A stretch of 64,000 nt of DNA from an uncultured Bacteroidales bacterium (GTDB lineage Bacteria; Bacteroidota; Bacteroidia; Bacteroidales; UBA4181), in the NCBI GenBank assembly GCA_964349835.1, contig CAYGID010000005.1, positions 990 to 64,989 of the forward strand, given 5' to 3'. Positions 59,215-64,000 of this stretch are shown here, piece by piece; position 1 is the first letter of the stretch; every line of letters starts with the position of its first letter. The translations under genes and the position numbers were made by a program. The notes under the pieces were generated by a model. The model ran no database searches and was not told the origin of the DNA. It saw only the letters and a list, made by a program, of their open reading frames with translations.

Positions 59215-61119
59215 TTACATACAAAACATTAGAAAAGCCATCAGCAAGGCGGCACTCATAAAGATCCATGCGTAGGTTTGCACATAACCCGACTGCAGGT
59301 TTTTGATGGCTTCCGACAGTTGGTTGGAGACAGTGGCCTGCAGGTTCATGAATCCATCTACAATATGGCGGTCGAACCAGGCGATGGGAAGGGCTATGCC
59401 GCCCACGATGAATCTTCGTACCACAAACAGCCACACCTCATCGAAATAGAACTTATGCTGCAGCAGAGTGTAGAACCGGTGCATGGCCTGTGCTGCTCTT
59501 TGGGGCAGAGTGCTCTCTTTGGCGTAGAGGCGTGTGGCAATCAGAATACCGATAAGGCCTACACCCAGAGAGGGGAGGGCAGCACCCATGTGCAGGTGGG
59601 TTTCGAACGGAATCGCGTTGCTGGAGATATATTGCGAAAAAGGGATAAAACCCGATACAACTGTCATAAAGGCCAGAAACAACAGGGGAATCGTCATCAC
59701 GGCAGGCGCTTCGTGTGGCGTGTGCGCATAGTGTACAACCGGTCCGTGAAAAATTCGGAAGTAGAGCCTGAACATATAGAAGGCGGTAAGACCGGCGGTG
59801 AGTAGCAGCACCGAAAAAAGTGCCGGGTTCTGCACGAGAACAGCGGCCATAATCTCGTCCTTGCTGAAGAAGCCCGAAAAGGGTGGAATTCCTGCAATCG
59901 ACAAACAGGCAATCAAAAAGGTAATATGCGTTATGGGCATGAACTTACGCAGATTACCCATCCGATCCATCTCGTTGCTATGTACGGCGTGAATCACCGC
60001 TCCGGCGCCCAGAAAGAGCAACGCCTTAAAGAATGCGTGGGTAAAAAGGTGAAACATGGAGGCCATATAGCCCAGACCCTCATGGCCGCCATAACCCGAA
60101 ACGCCCAAACCGGCCATCATAAAGGCAATCTGCGAGATGGTTGAGAAGGCCAGCACCCTTTTAATGTCGGTTTGTGTACAGGCTATCAGCGCGGCACCCA
60201 GTGCAGTTATACCGCCCACCCAGGCAATGCCGCCCAGAAGCTCGGGAGCCGCAAAGCTATAGAGAGGAAAGAGTCGTGCCACCAGAAAGACACCCGCCAC
60301 CACCATCGTGGCTGCATGAATCAGTGCCGAAACCGGGGTGGGACCCTCCATAGCATCGGGGAGCCAGATGTGAAGAGGCATCATGGCCGACTTCCCCGCG
60401 CCTCCGATAAAGATGAGCCCCAGGGCCCAGGAGAGTGCCGAGCCACCCAGAAAGAGTGCCCGGGAGCCCTCTGCAGTCCATTCGGCAGAGGGGGCTGTCA
60501 GCGCTGAGAATTGAAAGCTCCCCGAATAGTACGATATGATGAGGATACCGGCCAGAAAACCGAGATCGGCAAAGCGGGTTACTATAAAGGCCTTTTTTGA
60601 GGCGGCCACTGCCGAGGGTTTGGTATAGTAAAATCCGATGAGCGAAAAGGAGGAGACCCCCACCAGCTCCCAGAAAATATACATCTGAAAAAGATTGGTG
60701 GCCACCACCAAACCCAGCATGGAGAAGGAGAAGAGCGAAAGCAGGGCATAGTAACGCTGAAACCCTTTTTCGCCTTTCATGTAGCCTAAACTGTAGAGGT
60801 GAACCATTAAGGAGACCGTGGTAACCACCACAAGCATCATCACCGAGATAGGGTCGAGCAGGATGCCCAACTCAATGTGGAGCGTTTCGGTGAGGTTGAG
60901 CCAGGGAATCCGGAGCGCAGTTACCGGTGCATACCCTGAGAGGGGGTCGCTCCCGTTTCCGAAATAGCTAAGGGCTGTTACCCACGATATCAAGGCGGCA
61001 ATCGCCATGCCTGCAGTGCAAACAGCGCCCACCAGAGAGGGGCGCATCTCTTTTCCGAAGAGCCCTGCTACCACAAACTGCAACAGGGGAATAAGAAGAA
61101 TCAGACCGGCAAATTCCAT
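59215..61119 (-). CDS. nuoL: NADH-quinone oxidoreductase subunit L
   Basis: 634 aa, the longest antiporter-like subunit, with the C-terminal lateral-helix extension. Confidence 0.95.
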   Translation of the reverse strand: MEFAGLILLIPLLQFVVAGLFGKEMRPSLVGAVCTAGMAIAALISWVTALSYFGNGSDPLSGYAPVTALRIPWLNLTETLHIELGILLDPISVMMLVVVTTVSLMVHLYSLGYMKGEKGFQRYYALLSLFSFSMLGLVVATNLFQMYIFWELVGVSSFSLIGFYYTKPSAVAASKKAFIVTRFADLGFLAGILIISYYSGSFQFSALTAPSAEWTAEGSRALFLGGSALSWALGLIFIGGAGKSAMMPLHIWLPDAMEGPTPVSALIHAATMVVAGVFLVARLFPLYSFAAPELLGGIAWVGGITALGAALIACTQTDIKRVLAFSTISQIAFMMAGLGVSGYGGHEGLGYMASMFHLFTHAFFKALLFLGAGAVIHAVHSNEMDRMGNLRKFMPITHITFLIACLSIAGIPPFSGFFSKDEIMAAVLVQNPALFSVLLLTAGLTAFYMFRLYFRIFHGPVVHYAHTPHEAPAVMTIPLLFLAFMTVVSGFIPFSQYISSNAIPFETHLHMGAALPSLGVGLIGILIATRLYAKESTLPQRAAQAMHRFYTLLQHKFYFDEVWLFVVRRFIVGGIALPIAWFDRHIVDGFMNLQATVSNQLSEAIKNLQSGYVQTYAWIFMSAALLMAFLMFCM

Positions 61120-61121
61120 AC

Positions 61122-61433
61122 TTACTGTTTTAGGTGGTTGAGTTTACCCGACTGGATATGTTTGAGATTCCGGAACACATTGATAATGATGGCAATGGCA
61201 ACTGCCGTTTCGCCTGCCGACAGCCCAATCGAGAAGAGGGCCGCAAACGAACCCTCAAGCCCGTCGGGATAGAGGAACCGGTTAAAAACCACAAAGTTGA
61301 TATCTACTGCATTCAGCATCAATTCGACCGACATCAGAACAAGAATCAGATTTCGCCGGGTAATAAAACCGTACACCCCCGCAAAAAACATGAAGGCGCT
61401 CACCAGCAGAAAGTACTCCATAGGAATATTCAT
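61122..61433 (-). CDS. nuoK: NADH-quinone oxidoreductase subunit K
   Basis: 103 aa with three TM helices and conserved membrane Glu residues (SVELMLNAV, GETAVAIA). Confidence 0.94.
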   Translation of the reverse strand: MNIPMEYFLLVSAFMFFAGVYGFITRRNLILVLMSVELMLNAVDINFVVFNRFLYPDGLEGSFAALFSIGLSAGETAVAIAIIINVFRNLKHIQSGKLNHLKQ

Positions 61434-61452
61434 GGCAATCTATTCTAAGAAT

Positions 61453-61965
61453 TTATCGTTTTCTTGCTATCATAATGCCTCCCACCACACAAGCCAGCAG
61501 AAACAGACTGATGGCCTCGAAGGGGAGGAGGTATTGGAATTTATCGTGACCCATTAGTGCCCGGCCCAAAACGGCCATATCCATCTCCTCCTGTTTGAGC
61601 AGCCCATAGACGGCAACCCCGTTACGCAAAATCACCCAGCTGCAGAGAGCCGTTCCGGCCACTGCAGCCAACACGCCCGCGGCCTGTTCTAACCTGCCTG
61701 AGGGTATGTGTCCCTCGCCGGCATGCGATGTGAGCAGAATAGAGAAGACAAAGAGCACCATAACGCCCCCCGCATAGACGGTAATTTGCACCGCTGCCAG
61801 AAAATGGTAGTTGAGAATCAGGAAGATTCCACCGGTGGCCAGCAGCACAAACAGCAGCCAGGTAGCCGACCGGAGCACTTTTCGGGAGGTGACGGTGAGT
61901 ACCGATCCCACCACCAGAATGGTGGCCAGAATCCAGAATATCAGGTTAGAAATATAGATCTCCAT
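61453..61965 (-). CDS. nuoJ: NADH-quinone oxidoreductase subunit J
   Basis: ATG at 61965 (MEIYISNLIFWILATILVVGS). The 61-aa track extension overlaps nuoI and is not protein-like. Confidence 0.9.
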   Translation of the reverse strand: MEIYISNLIFWILATILVVGSVLTVTSRKVLRSATWLLFVLLATGGIFLILNYHFLAAVQITVYAGGVMVLFVFSILLTSHAGEGHIPSGRLEQAAGVLAAVAGTALCSWVILRNGVAVYGLLKQEEMDMAVLGRALMGHDKFQYLLPFEAISLFLLACVVGGIMIARKR

Positions 61966-61970
61966 AACAG

Positions 61971-62474
61971 CTATGCAACAGGATTTGTGACAGGCGTCGG
62001 TTTCGACGGCGGGGTGCGGAGTTTTGATCCCGGGCGGTTGAGCGTTTTGTGCAATGCTTCGGGATGGAAGACAGCCAGTTCGAATTGTTTCGAAAATTGA
62101 ATGGCGTTTGAGGGGCAGGCCATCACACAGAGATTGCAGAAGGTGCATTGCCCGAGATAGTATTCGTAACGCTGCAGTACCTTGCGGCTTTTCCCCTCCG
62201 GGGTGGTTACGGTTTCGTATACCACATTGAGCGTCCCGTTAGGGCAACTCAGCATGCATAGTCCGCAGGCGGTGCATGCATGTTCGTTGTTCTCGTTGTG
62301 GGGCATAATCAATTCGGCACGGAATCGGTCCGAAATTACCAGGGTGTCGCGATTTTCGGGATAACATTCGGTTACCTTTTTCCGAAACAGTGTGGTCAGC
62401 GAGATTTTCATCCCGGTTGCCAAAGAGGCAATTCCGGTGAACCACGATTTTATATACAATGTAAAAGCGTTCAT
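61971..62474 (-). CDS. nuoI: NADH-quinone oxidoreductase subunit I
   Basis: Two 4Fe-4S motifs, CTACGLCMLSCP and CTFCNLCVMACP. ATG at 62474 is preferred over TTG at 62483. Confidence 0.94.
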   Translation of the reverse strand: MNAFTLYIKSWFTGIASLATGMKISLTTLFRKKVTECYPENRDTLVISDRFRAELIMPHNENNEHACTACGLCMLSCPNGTLNVVYETVTTPEGKSRKVLQRYEYYLGQCTFCNLCVMACPSNAIQFSKQFELAVFHPEALHKTLNRPGSKLRTPPSKPTPVTNPVA

Positions 62475-62483
62475 TTTACCCAA

Positions 62484-63560
62484 TTAAAAGTGCCAGCCAA
62501 ATACAACTACCATTGCCATAATCAAAAGATTAATCAAATTGAGCGGCAGCAAATATTTCCATTCCAGTTTCAGTAGCTGGTCGATACGCAGGCGAGGGAA
62601 TGTCCAGCGAACCCACAAGGTGAGGAAGACCACGAAAAAGGCCTTTCCAAAGAACCAAAACGGGGAGGGAATAGAATCCATGATTTCGTTAAAGAGGGTG
62701 AGGCCGGGAACATGGAGCGGCATCCAGCCACCCAGGAAGAGGGTAGTGGCAATGGCCGCAACAATGAACATATTGAGATATTCGGCCAGATAGAAAAAAC
62801 CGAATTGGATCCCCGAATATTCGGTATGGTACCCTGCGGTGAGTTCCGATTCGGCCTCCGGAAGGTCGAAGGGACCCCGGTTGGTTTCGGCATGTCCTGC
62901 AATCAGGTAGACCACAAAGGCGATAAAAGCGGGTATGTGCCCCTGAAACAGGAACCACATTTCGGCCTGCCGTTCAACAATGACCGACAACTGCATGCTC
63001 CCTGCGAGAATTACCATGGTGAGCATCGACATTCCTATTGAGAGTTCGTAACTTACCATTTGCGCTCCGCTTCGGAGGGCACCAATCATGGAGAATTTGT
63101 TGTTGCTCGACCATCCGGCCAACAAGATGCCCAGAACGCCCAGCGATGAAACGGCCAAAATATAGAAGATACCTATATTAAAGTCTATTACTTGCAGTCC
63201 CCTCCCGAAAGGGATAGCGCCAAACGAGAGCATCGAGGCCGCAATCACCAGGAAAGGGGCAAGAAAGAAGAGGAACTTGTCTATTTGGTTAATGGGGATC
63301 AACTCCTTGATCAGCATCTTTACCGTATCGGCTGCTGTTTGGGCCAAGCCAAGGGGACCCACTCTGTTGGGGCCCAGACGGCACTGAAACCAAGCGCAGA
63401 TTTTCCGTTCATAATAGATGAGCGCCATGGCCAACACGGCATACCCGGTGAGCAGGAGAAAGGCCACCAGAACACACTCAATCCAAAAGGCCCATCCCAA
63501 CGGGAGCATGGCGGTCAGAGTCTGGTCGACCCACCCGATGAGAATTCTAAAATCGAACAT
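62484..63560 (-). CDS. nuoH: NADH-quinone oxidoreductase subunit H
   Basis: 358-aa polytopic protein with the NuoH signatures [19 protein letters not shown] and [17 protein letters not shown]. Confidence 0.96.
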   Translation of the reverse strand: MFDFRILIGWVDQTLTAMLPLGWAFWIECVLVAFLLLTGYAVLAMALIYYERKICAWFQCRLGPNRVGPLGLAQTAADTVKMLIKELIPINQIDKFLFFLAPFLVIAASMLSFGAIPFGRGLQVIDFNIGIFYILAVSSLGVLGILLAGWSSNNKFSMIGALRSGAQMVSYELSIGMSMLTMVILAGSMQLSVIVERQAEMWFLFQGHIPAFIAFVVYLIAGHAETNRGPFDLPEAESELTAGYHTEYSGIQFGFFYLAEYLNMFIVAAIATTLFLGGWMPLHVPGLTLFNEIMDSIPSPFWFFGKAFFVVFLTLWVRWTFPRLRIDQLLKLEWKYLLPLNLINLLIMAMVVVFGWHF

Positions 63561-63572
63561 ATCACACTGTAA

Positions 63573-64000
63573 TTAACGGTCAATATCGGGAACAACGTAA
63601 TCGAGCGATCCTCCGATGGAGATCAGGTCGGCAATCTTTTCGCCCTCTGCGAGGGTATTGACTACCGAAATCAGGCTCAGGCCGGGCGAACGAAACTTTA
63701 CCCTCCAGGGTGTTTTCTCGCCCCGGCTGGCAATGTAGACTTCGAACAATCCGCGCGCCGCTTCGACCCACTGCCGGTATTCCCCTTCGGGAAGCCGGAT
63801 TACCGGTTTGGTCTTCACGCTCACCGGGCCCTGGGGAATATTTTCGATAAGTTGTTCGAGGATCGACAACGATTCTTCGATTTCGTCGAGGCGGTTCATA
63901 TAACGGGCAAAGGTGTCGCCTTCGGTGCGGAGAATCTCCTTGAACTGAACCTTATCGTAGACCCCGTAAGGGCGATATTTCCGCACATCGCACGAGAAAC
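63573..64000 (-). CDS. nuoD: NADH-quinone oxidoreductase subunit D, C-terminal part (5' end beyond the window)
   Basis: ORF is open to the window edge. GDTFARYMNRLDEIEESLSILEQL and the terminal VVPDIDR are typical of the 49-kDa subunit C-terminus. Confidence 0.9.
   Translation of the reverse strand, partial: FSCDVRKYRPYGVYDKVQFKEILRTEGDTFARYMNRLDEIEESLSILEQLIENIPQGPVSVKTKPVIRLPEGEYRQWVEAARGLFEVYIASRGEKTPWRVKFRSPGLSLISVVNTLAEGEKIADLISIGGSLDYVVPDIDR

Overview
The window reads as a densely packed core-chromosome segment of a Bacteroidota (Bacteroidia-like) genome. The evidence is gene content, gene order and repeated TAnnTTTG promoter boxes. I support 62 protein-coding genes. I found no rRNA, tRNA, CRISPR array, transposase, integrase or prophage signature, and every non-coding gap is under about 250 nt.

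Gene content from left to right:
- rpoB (3' part), rpoC and a DUF3467 gene
- an orphan HsdR_N-type nuclease-fold protein and a GNAT acetyltransferase
- etfB, etfA and an acyl-CoA dehydrogenase
- the F-ATPase operon, in transcription order on the minus strand bactofilin, AtpI-like protein, atpB, E, F, H, A, G
- purD plus a polytopic membrane protein
- lpxB and surE
- the Na+-pumping oxaloacetate decarboxylase oadG, oadA, oadB
- pheT and aspS
- an M23/LysM peptidase, atpD, atpC and a GT9 glycosyltransferase, followed by a second, inverted M23/LysM peptidase
- grpE and dnaJ
- a YqjE/YqjK-like membrane pair
- a GldJ-like FGE-fold lipoprotein and murF
- prs
- rplY, pth, hslR and a DUF4924 gene
- a DUF3078 protein
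- efp and yebC
- a five-gene minus-strand string: epimerase, NUDIX hydrolase, GIN-domain protein, RIC-like protein and LuxR regulator
- an unknown 564-aa lipoprotein
- TolC, HlyD and two ABC-2 permeases
- NDH-1 genes nuoD (3' part), H, I, J, K, L, M, N

I do not see a self-contained accessory island such as a defence, toxin or mobile system. The window is mostly housekeeping.

The leads most likely to hide undescribed biology are:
1. A trio with no histidine kinase: a GIN-domain protein, a RIC-like protein and a LuxR regulator with a degenerate receiver domain.
2. DUF4924 embedded in the rplY-pth-hslR ribosome-rescue operon.
3. DUF3467 translationally coupled to rpoC.
4. A TolC-HlyD-ABC-2 exporter with no ATPase gene.
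5. atpDC fused by overlapping reading frames to an M23/LysM peptidase and a GT9 transferase.
6. efp-yebC linkage.

All family assignments come from motif recognition by eye. No database searches were run.
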